This document shows, piece by piece, positions 12,701-24,933 of a stretch of 64,000 bases of DNA (within the stretch, counting starts at the first letter, position 1; each line of letters opens with the position of its first letter). Both the position numbers and the translations under genes were made by a program. The DNA lies in the NCBI GenBank assembly GCA_013265495.1, contig MU058451.1, forward strand, positions 760,584 to 824,583, written 5' to 3'. The DNA comes from Vicugna vicugna (lineage: Eukaryota). The notes under the pieces were generated by a model. The model was not told where the DNA came from. It made no database searches and saw only the letters and a program-made list of their open reading frames with translations.

Positions 12701-13489
12701 TAGCTCCATGTGGCCTCCCTCAATATTACTTCAGAAAACTCGAGGTTTTCAGAATCTGAAGAAAGCCCTGGCGAATTTTGTGGTTGGCCTGCTCTGTTGT
12801 GGAGATGCTGTGCTCAGGACCGAGAGGAGAATCTGGGCGCTGAGCCTGGTGGGACCTTCTGACATGAAGCCTTGACCGAACTGAGAAGGTCAGTAACATT
12901 TTTAGGGAGTGCTGACCACCACATTCGAGGCCTTTCTTCCACAGCCAGGCTCCCCATGTGTTGTTCACATCACTCCAGGGCTCTCCTGTGTGGTACCCTT
13001 ACCCTCATCCCCATTAAGTGTCACCTTGGAGCTGATGCTGGGTTACCCCTTCTCCTGGCCACCTCAGGGCAGTTACCTTTAACAGTGAACATTGCCTTTA
13101 AACAAAAGGAACATTTTCCAAACTCCCGAATTCCGGGTGCCTGGAACAGAAGTGGCAATTGTGGAACATTTTTTTCCCTTTGATACTGAGGAGGGAGGGT
13201 CTTATCACAACACTTCCAGTGTCATGCCACGTAAATAAAAGGATAGACATGTGAGAGCCTAGTGATATGCTTGTTGAACTTGAACTTGACTTCCGCCTTT
13301 GTTAGGCCAGTACCATTGTAGTTCCTAGTCTCTGGATAAGCAAATCAAGTCTTGGGAAGCTTAGGTAACTGGTCAAGATTCCACAGTAAGAGACAGGATT
13401 GAATTGAACTTAAGAAGTCTGCCCCTAAAATCTATGTTCCTCAATCACACTCACTTTTGGTGGTGGTGGGGGTTGTGACACTCACCGTG

Positions 13490-13735
13490 GCAGGGTACGT
13501 TTATTGACAGCTTATGCACCAGGCTTTGTGATAAGTCCCTCAGGGGTATTACCTTATTTAATCCCATTAATCATCCCATAAGGCTGGCAGATTTAAAATA
13601 TCCTCTTTTTATATACAAAGAAAATCAGGCACAGAGAGGGAAAGGTTGTCTCATTCAAGGGAGTGTTCATGGTTGCCCAGCTAGTAAGCTGCAGAGTTGT
13701 GGATTCAAACCCAAGCAAGCTGACTCTGCAGTCTT
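13490..13735 (-). mobile_element. MIR SINE
   Basis: 'aaaatcaggcacagagagggaaagg...cccagctagtaagctgcagagttgtggattcaaacccaagc'. Confidence 0.8.
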
Positions 13736-15264
13736 CCTACATACGTGCCTTTTGTGAGGACTCAGCCTTTACCTCCACAGAGACAGAGGTGGCCCTGCCA
13801 CGTGGCCATGATGACGTGCAGGCCTTCAGCTGTTGCTCTAGAAACTGGTCCACTTATAACTTACTGTACTTGCTGAGGATGGAGTTGGCACCCAAAGGAG
13901 GCAGCAAGATGACAGAGTAGGCCCAGTACCATGTGGTCCATCATCTCTGTGCTGTCTTATGTAAGTATAGCTATTCCAAGTGGAAGCAAATTTATCTCAC
14001 TTTAGTTTCTTGTCACCCACTACACCTGTAAAACATGATCAGAATGCCAACCAAACACTGTCTTTCAAAAGGCCTCCCAAATTGACACCACATGGACAAC
14101 GCTAGGGAGAAAGAGTTTAGATTCTAACCTGAAAGTCAGTTGGGATAGAGATGCCAGGTGACTATATCCCAAAGGGCTGAGAAGCCACCCGGGAGAACCA
14201 CTGGCCCGAGGGAAGAAGGAACCAGGCAAGATGCTCCTCAGTAACAAAGCTTGGCCGTTAGTAAGGAAGATGGGATGAGGATTCTGAGTGTAGCCTGGAA
14301 TATTTAAGGGGCTGCGGGTAAAAGTTTAAAGAATTCTTCTATGCCTAGCTCTGTGGCACCGGAGCATAAGCAACACTGCTTGCTGACTTGCTCTTAGAGA
14401 TGCAGAAGGCCTTCCCCTGCACTTCTCCCTTCCCCAGGCCTTCAGCCTTCCTGAGGCCCTTGTGTTCCCTGGTCAGAGTAGTTCAGGGATGACCATGCAA
14501 CCCCACTGGAACCAGTCCCTGGTCTTTTACAAAAGCCTTTGGTAGGAAGGAAGGCTTATTTCCTCAGGGATTTAAATCTGGGAGGATATAGCCTGTTGGT
14601 GCTGCTTGTGGACATGTTTTCATCACAAGACCCCTGTAAATGAAGCCATCATGGAGGGCTGCAGATTCGAGAGACGGAGACATCATTTGAGCCTTTGGAT
14701 TAATGTCGCTTCCTGCGTAAACCAGTCTGATTTGGGTTTTCCGACTTTTGGCACCCTGAGTTTCCACAGTGGGGTTGGTGGTGATGGACTGGGTCATTTT
14801 TTAGTTAGATTTGATGGGGCAGACCTCTCTGAGCATCTGGGTGTCTATAGACCAATGTGCTGATAGTGCACATCATTTCCCAGGGCAGGATTAGGGGTGA
14901 TTTTTTGTTAGAAACAATTGTTTCTTTGTTAATAGCAAAATATTGAATATACAATTTCAGCTTTTCCTAGAATTGTGAGGCAGTCCACTGACCACACTGC
15001 TTCTTTGTCTCAGGCCCTCGGTATTGGAGATGGAACATTTCCTCCTCTCAACTCACGGGGAGGATGGCGAGGGAGCTCACAGCTGGGCTTTTGCACACAC
15101 GCGCACCTCATTTGTCTTCCTTTAATAAGGTGAGGTTTAGTCTTCTTTCCTGTCACTTGGTTTAGCATCTTTTCTAACCCAACAGGTTTCCAAAATCTCG
15201 AATCTTGTGAGGTCAATTGCAGAGTTATTTGTCAAATAAAATCATGAATTTTTTTATGATATCC

Positions 15265-15450
15265 TCAAACTGGGAGCTGATGGTGACTAACAGCTTCCGG
15301 AGACCAGGTGGTCCTCTCGAAAGAGACCGGAGTGAGGAGAATCCAAGTGTATGACCAGATTTGTTTTCCTGGCATGTGTATCTTCTGCTTGAACACACCC
15401 ACACGATTCACAGGAGAGGTAAAATGGGAGGCTTTATTTGAATAAAAGCC
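15265..15450 (-). other. Candidate terminal coding exon (unverified)
   Basis: Minus-strand acceptor 'cctttagcctaccttcag|GGC' is in phase 0 with an open frame of 61 aa (GFYSNKASH...HHQLPV) to a TGA. No homology recognised. Confidence 0.15.
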
Positions 15451-15999
15451 CTGAAGGTAGGCTAAAGGCTCCACTTAAACCCAAGGTCATCTTTGTCCTC
15501 TATCTGGGTAGGAATTAGGAATTGTGCATGGGGTGGGGGGAGTCTAGGGGGAGGCATGGGGCCCTTAAAATGACTAAATTTACTAGCTCCTCTGAATCAG
15601 CTTCCTGTACTTCATCTTGGGGAAAAAAAATTCAGAGCAAGTGACAAAAAAGTACTTCTGGGCTTTTTGAATACCCTCAGGGGGGAAGGCTTCTAACCTT
15701 TCAGAAATTCTTTCAAATTGAAGCTTAAAGAGAATGTGTGTGAGCTCTTGTGTGCTTTCCACACAAATTCTGCTTTTACTGTTAGTTGCATGGGGACTTA
15801 ATTCTCCTGAAAATGCCTCTTCACATTTACCGTGGATCACGAGATGAATAATGCTAGCGGTCAAAACCCAACTGTCTGCTGTACCGTATAGAGTCTCATG
15901 TTAACTGGATTACTGGAGCACTGGATTGTATGCTTAAAAGTTTGCTTAGAGGACAAATCTTAAGTTGTGTTCTTATGTCAAAAATATGTGTAAATAATA

Positions 16000-16112
16000 G
16001 GGTGAGAGGGAAGTTTGGAGGTGGTGTTTGTTTCCTGGGTGTCTACATATCTCCAAAATCATCAAGCTGTATACATTAATTATGTACAGCTTTTGTATGT
16101 CAAAAAGAAAAA
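16000..16112 (+). mobile_element. Old L1M 3' end fragment
   Basis: 'catatctccaaaatcatcaagctgtatacattaattatgtacagcttttgtatgtcaaaaagaaaaa'. Confidence 0.7.
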
Positions 16113-16405
16113 CCAGACTGGCCCATCTTACCCAAAATGGAATTCTTCATTTCTTTTTCAATTCTAATAATAAGGAGAGTTATGGTTGCTCCAAAGATGC
16201 TGATCAATGTGTACTTCCAGCAGCAGAAATTAGAGGGATGGGATGTGTTTCTCTAAACAGATACATGTGTGTCTCTTGCCTTGTGTTCTACTTACATGGG
16301 CCATGCATGCATTACTCTGTGGTCATTGTATATTAAATAATGTAAATAATGTATTAATATTTTGCTTCCAAGATTTTAATAACTTCATAACATATCCTAT
16401 TATTT

Positions 16406-16753
16406 CTTGAAATTTTTAAAAATTGAAGTATAGTTGATTTATAATGTTGTGTTAGTTTCTGGTGTACAGCCTAGTGATTCAGTTATACATACATGTATAT
16501 ACATTCTTTGTCATATTCTTTTTCATTATAGGTTATTACAAGATACTTAATACAGTTCCCTGTGACAAATGAACTTAATTACAAAAGAGAAACAGACTCA
16601 CAAACATTGAAAATAAACTTACGGTTACCAAAAAGGAAAGGGGATGGAGGAGGGATAAATTAGGAGTTTGGGATTAGCAGATATACACTACTATATATAA
16701 AATAGATAAACAACAAGGTCCTACTGTATAGCACAGTGAACTATATGCAGTAC
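16406..16753 (-). mobile_element. Twin-primed (5'-inverted) L1 3' end
   Basis: The L1 terminus lies on the minus strand (about 16410-16564) and is joined to the upstream L1 segment in plus orientation (16565-16753). TSD cctattattt at 16396-16405 / 16754-16763. Confidence 0.8.
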
Positions 16754-17624
16754 CCTATTATTTTTAATTATGAATTTTTAGACATATCTTAAGACATAAA
16801 ATCTTTGGAGATAAGAGTACAGAGAATAGTGTGATGAACTGCCATATACCTATCACTGAGATTTAATACATATTTGCTTCATTTTTCAAAGTATTTGAAA
16901 GTCAATCACAGACCTATACCATTCCATTTCTAATATTCTCTTCTATGTGCATCTCTAAAAGAATTTTTCTATAACAACACTAGTGTCGCCACACCTATAA
17001 AAATTAATAATTTTTATTAGTAAACATAAGTAGTAAAGTTTTTTTCTTAACTTTATGTAACAGAGAATGTATTTTACGTGTTAAGTTTTTAAGTTTATAC
17101 TCAGAATCTTCTTGAAATTTATATCATTATCAACAGACAATAGTTTTGTTTTTTATATTAAAAACCTTGACAGAACATTATGGAATGAAACATTTCTAGT
17201 GTTCCATCCTAGAGGTTTTATTGAAAAGCTCTCAGAATAAATCTACATCATTTTTCTCTCACATTCTTTAACATAACGTTTTCTTGTTCAAAATACATGT
17301 GCTCTTATCACCGTGAATAATCATTTATTCCTTTATGATTCTTTTTTGGTAGGACTTGATGGCTTACTGTGAGAACAGCTGAATCTCCTCTCAAGTCCTA
17401 CTCCTGGTGTACGTGAGAACAGATGACACATTAAACTGTTTCCATTCTATGGGATTTAAGTCACTAATATGTTGGATGGTCAGGTGTAAGAATTACCACA
17501 TTAGACCTTCGAATTTCTCGCTAAGGACCTTGTTAGAAACCATGTATTTTCACAATGTCCGTGGATGCTTTATAAGAACAGCTACTAAAAGGTGACCAAT
17601 ACAAAAGGTCATCCTGGACACTGG

Positions 17625-17790
17625 GAAAGAGCTCTAGAATCCCAATAAAAGGCACGTGTTGAGTTCCAGCTTGCATCTTACCTGCTGTGTGACCTTGGAT
17701 CAGCCAACTGACTTCTCTGAGCCACAGTTACCTAATTTGTTAAATGGAACAAATCACAAAGTTATGGGGATTAAATGATATAATTTTTTT
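17625..17790 (+). mobile_element. MIR SINE fragment
   Basis: 'cctgctgtgtgaccttggatcagccaactgacttctctgagccacagttacctaatttgttaaatgg'. Confidence 0.8.
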
Positions 17791-18044
17791 TTTGAAAAAC
17801 AATACTCTATTGATGTCAAGTGATAGGGGCTGAGCTATGGACAGACTTCCAACTTCCAGAACTGTGAGAACATAGATCTCTGTTAAGATACAAAGCCTAT
17901 GGTCTCTTATCATAGTCACCCAAGTAAGAAAAGAATGTGTCCTATGGGTGGTGATCTCCTCTCTATTTCAGCTAAAAGATCAGGAAAATGGGTGTACTTA
18001 GTAGCAGAAGGAAAGTAGGTGAACCATAATGTAGAGGAAGAACC

Positions 18045-18180
18045 TTGGCCTAGAATGACAGTTGAAACTTCTAATCTTGCCTTGGGCCTTGCCTGTCTGA
18101 GAGATCTTGGGCAAGTAACAAAAGATGAAAGCTTTTGGGATCTTAGTTTCCTAATTTCTAAAATGAAGACAGTTTAACAA
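18045..18180 (+). mobile_element. MIR SINE fragment
   Basis: 'gagatcttgggcaagtaac...cttagtttcctaatttctaaaatgaaga'. Confidence 0.65.
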
Positions 18181-18462
18181 CATATCTTTCAAGGTCTTTC
18201 TCCCTCTTAGAAGTTTGTTCAAGTTCCATGATCTTTTCTGCCTTCATCTGATGAAACAGTGGGACACTTGAGAGCTGTCTGGGAGAATTATGGAGGCATG
18301 TACCATATAAGTGAGACTGAACCTCACCTGTCTTAAATAATATGTGCTGTTTTCCTGTGAGTACACATGCTAGTTTCTCTCTGGCATTCTCTCTAGTCAC
18401 CAAGTTTTCTGGTACCTGGTCTTTGCTTTAAATAGTTCGTAGATAGAAATCATAGATTTTTT

Positions 18463-19286
18463 TTTTCTTTTTTGAAAAACTGAAGTCTATCTGATTTACA
18501 ATGTTGTGTTAGTTTCTGGTGTACAGCACAGTGATTCAGTTATGCACATATATATACACATTCTTTTTCATTATGGGTTATTACAAAATACTGCATATAG
18601 TTCCCTGTGCTATATAGTAGGACTTTGTTGTTTGTCTTTTTTATATATAGTAGTTTTTATCTGCTAACTGCAAGCTCCTAGTGTATTCTCCTTTCCCCTT
18701 TGGTAACCATAAATTTGTTTTCTATGTCTATGAATCTGTTTCTGTTTTGTAAAAAACTTAATTTGTTTCATTTTTTTAGATTTCATATTTAAGTGATACC
18801 ATATGATACTTGCCTTTCTCTGTCAGGTTTACCTCNNNNNNNNNNNNNNNNNNNNNNNNNNNNNNNNNNNNNNNNNNNNNNNNNNNNNNNNNNNNNNNNN
18901 NNNNNNNNNNNNNNNNNNNNNNNNNNNNNNNNNNNNNNNNNNNNNNNNNNNNNNNNNNNNNNNNNNNNNNNNNNNNNNNNNNNNNNNNNNNNNNNNNNNN
19001 NNNNNNNNNNNNNNNNNNNNNNNNNNNNNNNNNNTTTCGAATTAGAGTTCTCTCCAGATATATGCCCAGGAGTGGGATGGCTTGATCATATGGTAAGTCT
19101 GGTTTTAGTTTTTAAGGAGTCTCCTTACTGTTTTCCACAATGGTTGCACTAAATTACATTCCTAGCAACAGTGTAGGAGGGTTCCCTTTTCTCCACAGCC
19201 TCTCCAGCATTTATCCTTTGTGGGCTTTTGAATGATAGTCATTCTGACCAGTGTGAGGTGATACCTCATTGTAGTTTTCATTTGCA
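18463..19286 (-). mobile_element. 5'-truncated L1 3' end spanning a gap
   Basis: Artiodactyl-type L1 tail 'tttacaatgttgtgttagtttctggtgtacagcacagtgattcag', plus 3' ORF2-region sequence after the gap. TSD agaaatcatagatttttt (18445-18462) / agaaatgatacatttttt (19287-19304), with 2 mismatches. Confidence 0.9.
18836..19034. other. Assembly gap (199 N) inside L1
   Basis: N run. Confidence 1.
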
Positions 19287-19428
19287 AGAAATGATACATT
19301 TTTTAATTCAATAGACAGAAGCTGTGGTGGGGTTACTAATCCAGGTAAATGTATGTTAAACCTTACTTTATACTTTGAGAAAATGCTTCGCTTGTTTTGA
19401 GCCTGGCCTTGTCACAGTGATTTTAAAT

Positions 19429-19449
19429 ACACACACACACACACACACA
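19429..19449. repeat. (AC)n microsatellite
   Basis: Read directly from the sequence. Confidence 0.95.
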
Positions 19450-19458
19450 GAGACATTT

Positions 19459-19890
19459 AATGGTGGCCCCTCTAAAGCTCTATCACCTGGAACCTGTGAA
19501 TATGACCTTACTTAGTTAGGACCATGGTATTTGCTGTAATTCATGAAGGATCTTGCGATCATCTTGAATTTCCCAGGTGGCCCTTGAATCCAATGACAAG
19601 TGACTTATAACGGGCAGAAGAGGAGAAGCCACAGAAGAGCAGAAGGCTGGTGGAGACAGAGGCAGAGATTTCAGTGATGCAGCCACAAGCCAAGGAAGGG
19701 ATGCCTGGACCCACCAGAAGCTGGAAGAGGCGAGAAGGATTCTCCCCGATGCCTTCAGAGGGATCAGGGCCCTGCTAACACCGATTTCAGACTTCTGGCC
19801 TCCAGAACTGTAAGAGAATAAATTTCTGTTGTTTTAAGCCTCCTAGCTAACTCGTGGTGAGTTGTTGTGGCAACCCTAGGAAACTAATAC
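19459..19890 (+). mobile_element. MLT1C/D-type solo LTR
   Basis: 'cctggaacctgtgaatatgacctta...gcagccacaagccaagga...agacttctggcctccagaactgtaagagaataaatttctgttgttttaagcc...ggaaactaataca'. Confidence 0.9.
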
Positions 19891-19975
19891 ACATACTCTT
19901 TTATTGTCTATACTTTCATTGTATACCACTTCCCAATAGATCCATTAACTAGATTGAAACGATTTTGCATCTTAC

Positions 19976-20108
19976 GGAAGACAGGCGTGTTTCTGGAGTT
20001 AAGCTGCGGATGATTCTGGCGTTGAAGGGCGAATACTTATCAGCACACTGATACACTTCTGGTTGAATATTGAGGGGGATCTTCCTGGTGATTAGTGTTG
20101 GCTCAGTT
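19976..20108 (-). other. Candidate internal exon (133 nt)
   Basis: Acceptor 'actgtccttccgtctttcag|A' and donor 'TCC|GTAAGA'. One open frame: TEPTLITRKIPLNIQPEVYQCADKYSPFNARIIRSLTPETRLSS. Not in a recognisable repeat. Confidence 0.35.
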
Positions 20109-20163
20109 CTGAAAGACGGAAGGACAGTGGTAATGTTGAGTAAGATGAGGTTTTTAGTGTGAA

Positions 20164-20393
20164 CAGAATTTTTCAGCTTCAGTCCCAGTGACATTTGGGG
20201 CCTGGTAATTCTTTATTGTCGGGGACTGTTCCACCCATTGTAGGGTGTTTAACGGCATCTCTGGACTCCACGCACAAGATGCCAGTAGTCCTGCCTGCCA
20301 AGTCCCCAGTTGTGACAACTGAAATTGTCTCCACGCATTGTCAAATGTTCCCTGGGGGCAGAATCTCCACGCCTCCCCCATTAAGAACTGCTG
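20164..20393 (-). mobile_element. MER20 (hAT-Charlie) DNA transposon
   Basis: The minus strand starts 'cagcagttcttaat...ctgcccccagggaacatttgacaatgcgtggagacaatttcagttgtcacaactgggg', resembling the MER20 consensus. Confidence 0.85.
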
Positions 20394-20649
20394 CTTCAAA
20401 AGATGACAGATGTATAGGCTCTGGGATAAGGACAAGAATGTGCCTATGAAAAATATTCAACAGTACCGCAAAAATGGCAGAGAATTTTTGAAGCAGAACC
20501 ATTTTCTTAACAATCATAAATGACTCTGTAACTTAAAAGTGGATGTACATGAGAGAACGTTTGCCATTGCTATGATTATCACCCTGACAGTTTTTAATGT
20601 GAAAGAGGATCATCCTGTGACAGAAGATTTTTTCTCAGAGTGGAAAATG

Positions 20650-20820
20650 ATATATATGTCTGTTTATATACATATATATATAAAACACACATACACACAC
20701 ATGTATACTTATATACACGTATACGTATGAGTGTATGTATGTATTTTATACACATATGTAGATATGTGTGTGCACGCATGAGTACATGTGTATGGCATGT
20801 ATATATGCATGCATCTGTGT
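20650..20820. repeat. Degenerate TA/CA/TG purine-pyrimidine alternating low-complexity tract
   Basis: Read directly from the sequence. Confidence 0.85.
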
Positions 20821-21991
20821 AAATGCTTTGTTAATGAAGAGGCCTAAAGGCGTTTCATATTCTTCATTGTCCTGCTTGGGAATTCTGAAATTACGGAGCA
20901 TAATGAGTCATTTCTAATGATGACGGAGTAAATGAAAAGCCTTTGAGAAAGCTCATCTTTCAGAACAGGTACAGGGCGCATTAGTATAAGCAGGTTGAAC
21001 AGGAACAATAGTGGTGCGAGTGTTTTCCAAAAGCCTTCATTTCTCTCACAGATCTAAGATTCATCCAACTAATATGAAAACAGAATTTTGTTCTTTTATT
21101 CTGTTCTCTGCAAAGTGCTTATTACCTATTTGGAACATTGTAATCTTCCCCATGCAGTGCTGTGAGTCACCCAGCTGAGAACCGCTCTGTCTACTCACAC
21201 ACACAGTTGCCTAATGTGTCTTATAAGCCACATATAATTACAGTGAATGCATCCTTCTAAGGATACACTTGTGGTGAGCCTGGGTCCTTCTAGAAGAATG
21301 TTCACATGCGGAGAAAAATGCTTCCTTTGACAATATGTAAAATCTTCTTTAAGTAGAGAAATATCTATTTATCTCTACCTTTAAAGTATGCATTTCACAG
21401 GATGCAGACAGAGGCTGAAATTTGCTAAGGGCTGTTTCCTGGCTTGGCAATTACACCGAACTGGCTGATCTAATGGTTCACTGAGATCTTGTTAGAATGA
21501 CACGCCTTCCCAGAGACAACGAGAATCATGAGATAAGCTCTGGAAACAAATCAAGGATTTTGTGAGAACACTCCTGGAGTCCCAGGGAGCAAGAAAAACT
21601 GTAGGGAGTGTCTTTTTAAAATTGATTTTTGAAATTGAGTTTCATGAATCACAAGTGTTCTTCAGATTGTCTACAGATGTTACAAATATTCCAGATGGTA
21701 ACTGAGAAACAGGTAAATTAGCTTAGAAATGAAGGAGAACATCAGACCAGCAGACAGCTATGGGGTTTGCTTGGACAGGGTTATTGGGGGCAGTTTGAGA
21801 TTCTTTTTCTGCTTACAGCTCATTCTCATGTTTGGAATGACTAGCAGTCTGCTGGTAGTGGGAGCAGTGCAGTCCCCTGAGGCTGTAACCCAGTTTGGAG
21901 TCATGTCCCAGGTGCATGTCATCTGGGAAATACCTTTGTGCCTGAAATAATTAGTAAGATGCCCAGTTCTGGTTATAGAACACACTAGCAG

Positions 21992-22274
21992 GTTTTTTTT
22001 TTTTTAATTGAAGTATAGTTGATTTACAATGTTGTGTTAATTTCTGGTGTACAGCCTAGTGATTCAGTTATACATATGTATATATTCTTTTTCAAGGTTA
22101 TTACAAGCTATTTAATATAGTTCCCTATACTATATGGTAAGACCTTGTTGTTTATCTATTTTATATACAGTAGTTTTTATCTGTTAATCCCAAACTCCTA
22201 ATGTATCCCTCTTCCCTCTTCCCCCTTTAGTAACCATCAGCTGGTTTTCCGTGCCTGTGAGCCTTAGAGATGAT
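21992..22274 (-). mobile_element. 5'-truncated L1 3' end
   Basis: Poly-T, then 'aattgaagtatagttgatttacaatgttgtg'. TSD core cacactagcag at 21981-21991 / 22275-22285. Confidence 0.9.
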
Positions 22275-22435
22275 CACACTAGCAGACTTTTGAAGAGAAC
22301 AGCACCTGCTCTCGGCCTGCGGTCCCAGGCCACAGGGTGCGGCCGTTTCAGTGCCAGCGTGTCGACCGCCGTGTGGATGTCGCTGGCGTAGGCTGGGTTT
22401 TTCCACCGTTAACTGGACGAGAACTTGTTCCTTAC

Positions 22436-22541
22436 ATACACTTTTGCTTGTACAAGTGCTGGCTTCTGCCCACACGAGCAACTCCAAACCCCAAACTGTA
22501 AGTCTCATTTGTGGTTACTGGGATGGGACCTGATGGAAAAC
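22436..22541 (-). other. Candidate internal exon (106 nt)
   Basis: Acceptor 'ttttttttttgtctttatggtcag|G' and donor 'TAT|GTAAGG'. One open frame: FPSGPIPVTTNETYSLGFGVARVGRSQHLYKQKC. Confidence 0.2.
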
Positions 22542-23190
22542 CTGACCATAAAGACAAAAAAAAAAAATCATGTGAAAAAAAAAGTCCTCTGGTACAGAAA
22601 TCAGGAAAGGATTCAAATAATATATTTGTGTAACCAACACTTGCTTCCCTAACGCTCACAGCAGCCTGCCGGCAACATGAGCCGGGTGGTGACGACACCG
22701 CCACCACCACCACTTTTTGATCTGAATCCCCACGGCAGGGTCGCTGGTCTCTCAAGACTAGTCTTTCCCCGCCAGAGTCTGAGGGTCTCCCCCTCTCTCT
22801 TTCCCACCTTGGTTGCTTTCCTGAGGCTGCTCTGCCTCAGAAGTGGGTCTCTGCAGCCTCACCTCAGCTCCAGAAGTGGAGCGCCCCTCGCACCACAGTG
22901 TTATAAGTTCTTCTGTCTCTAAAGCAGGAATGACTCGCTCCTGCCCAGTGGATGCACCATGTTAGGCCCCTCAAAACTCTCCTGCTGCCTCCAAGTTGTA
23001 CAGTAATAACAGTAGCAGTCATATTTATATCTGACATAGGAAATGACTGTTTCTCTTATAGATGTAAGTTATAATATGACACTTACAGTAAGATACTGTA
23101 TCTTAATATTAAAAAAACTGTTCATGGACTCATCTTTAGAGAACTTCACTCTTTTTATCAAACTAACAAAGTCTAAAGTAAAACCATATC

Positions 23191-23593
23191 TTTATTTTTT
23201 TTTTAATTGAAGTATATTCCATTTACAATGTTATGTTAATTTCTGGTGTACAGCATAGTGATTCAGTTATACATGTGTGTATATGTATATATTTCTTTTT
23301 ATATTCTGTCTCATTATAGGCTATTACAAGGTATTGAATATAGTTACCTGTGCTATACAGTAGGATCTTGTTGTTTATCTATTTTATATATAATAGTTAG
23401 TATCTGCAAATTCTGAACTCCAAATTTATCCCTCTAGATCTCCTTCCCCCTTTGGTAACCATAAATTTGTTTTCTGTGTCTGTGAATCTATTTCTGTTTT
23501 GTAAATAAGTTTATTTGTCTCATTTTTTCAGATTCCATGTGTAAGCGATATCATATGGTATTTTTCTTTCTCTCTGGCTTGCTTCACTTAGTA
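23191..23593 (-). mobile_element. L1 3' end running into a gap
   Basis: Poly-T, then 'aattgaagtatattccatttacaatgttatgttaatttctggtgtacagcatagtgattcag'. Confidence 0.9.
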
Positions 23594-23776
23594 NNNNNNN
23601 NNNNNNNNNNNNNNNNNNNNNNNNNNNNNNNNNNNNNNNNNNNNNNNNNNNNNNNNNNNNNNNNNNNNNNNNNNNNNNNNNNNNNNNNNNNNNNNNNNNN
23701 NNNNNNNNNNNNNNNNNNNNNNNNNNNNNNNNNNNNNNNNNNNNNNNNNNNNNNNNNNNNNNNNNNNNNNNNNNNN
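23594..23776. other. Assembly gap (183 N)
   Basis: N run. Confidence 1.
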
Positions 23777-24933
23777 ATTTTTTTAAATTAGAGTTCCTTC
23801 CGGATACAGAAAGCGTGTCTTTAGAATACAAACTCCACATGCCTCAGCCCCCCAACCAGGAGGCTTTTCTGGAAAATCCAGAACATTTTCTTTCAGGGGG
23901 CTAGGTTTGTGTTTGTGTTTTCAGCATCCTGGAAGCCATTCTTTAAGGGACCTTGCAACTGCTTTCTGAGAACCTGGGTCATTGTTCAATAACAGTGTCC
24001 CTACCACCTCTACTCTCAATTGATCCTGGGTCTGTCACGCCAGAATTTGCTTCCAAAGTCACTTTTCATCTAAGCTGCATATGCCACTACTCTCCATTTT
24101 GAGAATAAAAGCTGGCACAGTGTTGCTTCTCTTCCTTTCTTCTTTTTTTTCATACTCTGAAATGGAAATCTCATCCATGGGAGACATAGTGGGGGCACTA
24201 AGGGGCTGTAGGTGAAGCCATGTGGATCTTGAGTGCTGGGGGCTGACTTACTGCTTTAAAAATATCCATGTTGTGCTATAACCACCTTCCACCTGACTTT
24301 CCATCGGATCTCTGAGTCTCAGAGTGGGGAGGAATGTGTCACCTTGTGGTTGTGGGGCTAAATCTTTTATTCTCATAAAACACTGAGCACAATCCATGTT
24401 TGATAGACAGCGTGCCATTGCACCTCACCATCATCATCACCATGAGAGAGCTGAACTGGCTTTTTGTGTCAAGATGAATAAAGGGCTTTTAAAAGTGGCT
24501 GGGGTGGGAAGAGGGGGACCAAGGCAGGAAGCAGCCTCTCTCCCGCCCCATCACATCTTCCCTCTGCATCTCGGTCTTCCTTGAACTGGAAGGTCTTCCT
24601 GAACTTGTCTGTCAGGGTCTATTGTAATGGTGGTAGAGCAGAGTCAATCAGAGGAGAGCAGTTTGTTATTTACGTTTGGAACTGAGGAATCCTATGAGAT
24701 CCCAGAACCATGCATTGGAGCTGCTTTCATTTTTTTTTTCCGTATTTCTACGGGTACGTGACCTTCAAAATGGAAACTTGAGGAGTTAAAAAAAATTATC
24801 AAATCACTTTATAAAGACTTCTTTTTTCCTCTTAATTTCTTTTATCTCATATAAGTCTTCATGGAAATTCTCAAAGCTTTAAAATATGCCTAAAATCCCA
24901 ACAAGAATTGTGTCCATTTGTCTTCTGTCTTAC

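Noticed and set aside
12753-12887. Plus-strand exon-like segment (ttttcag|...AAG|GTCAGT; NLKKALANFVVGLLCCG...)
   Set aside because: Stops occur in all three frames before the donor and no homology is recognised. It cannot be distinguished from a pseudo-exon.
17349-17401. Perfect 11-bp inverted repeat with an inner GAGA-tetraloop hairpin
   Set aside because: About 0.6 such repeats are expected by chance in 64 kb for spacers up to 40 bp, and the stem is too short for a pre-miRNA.
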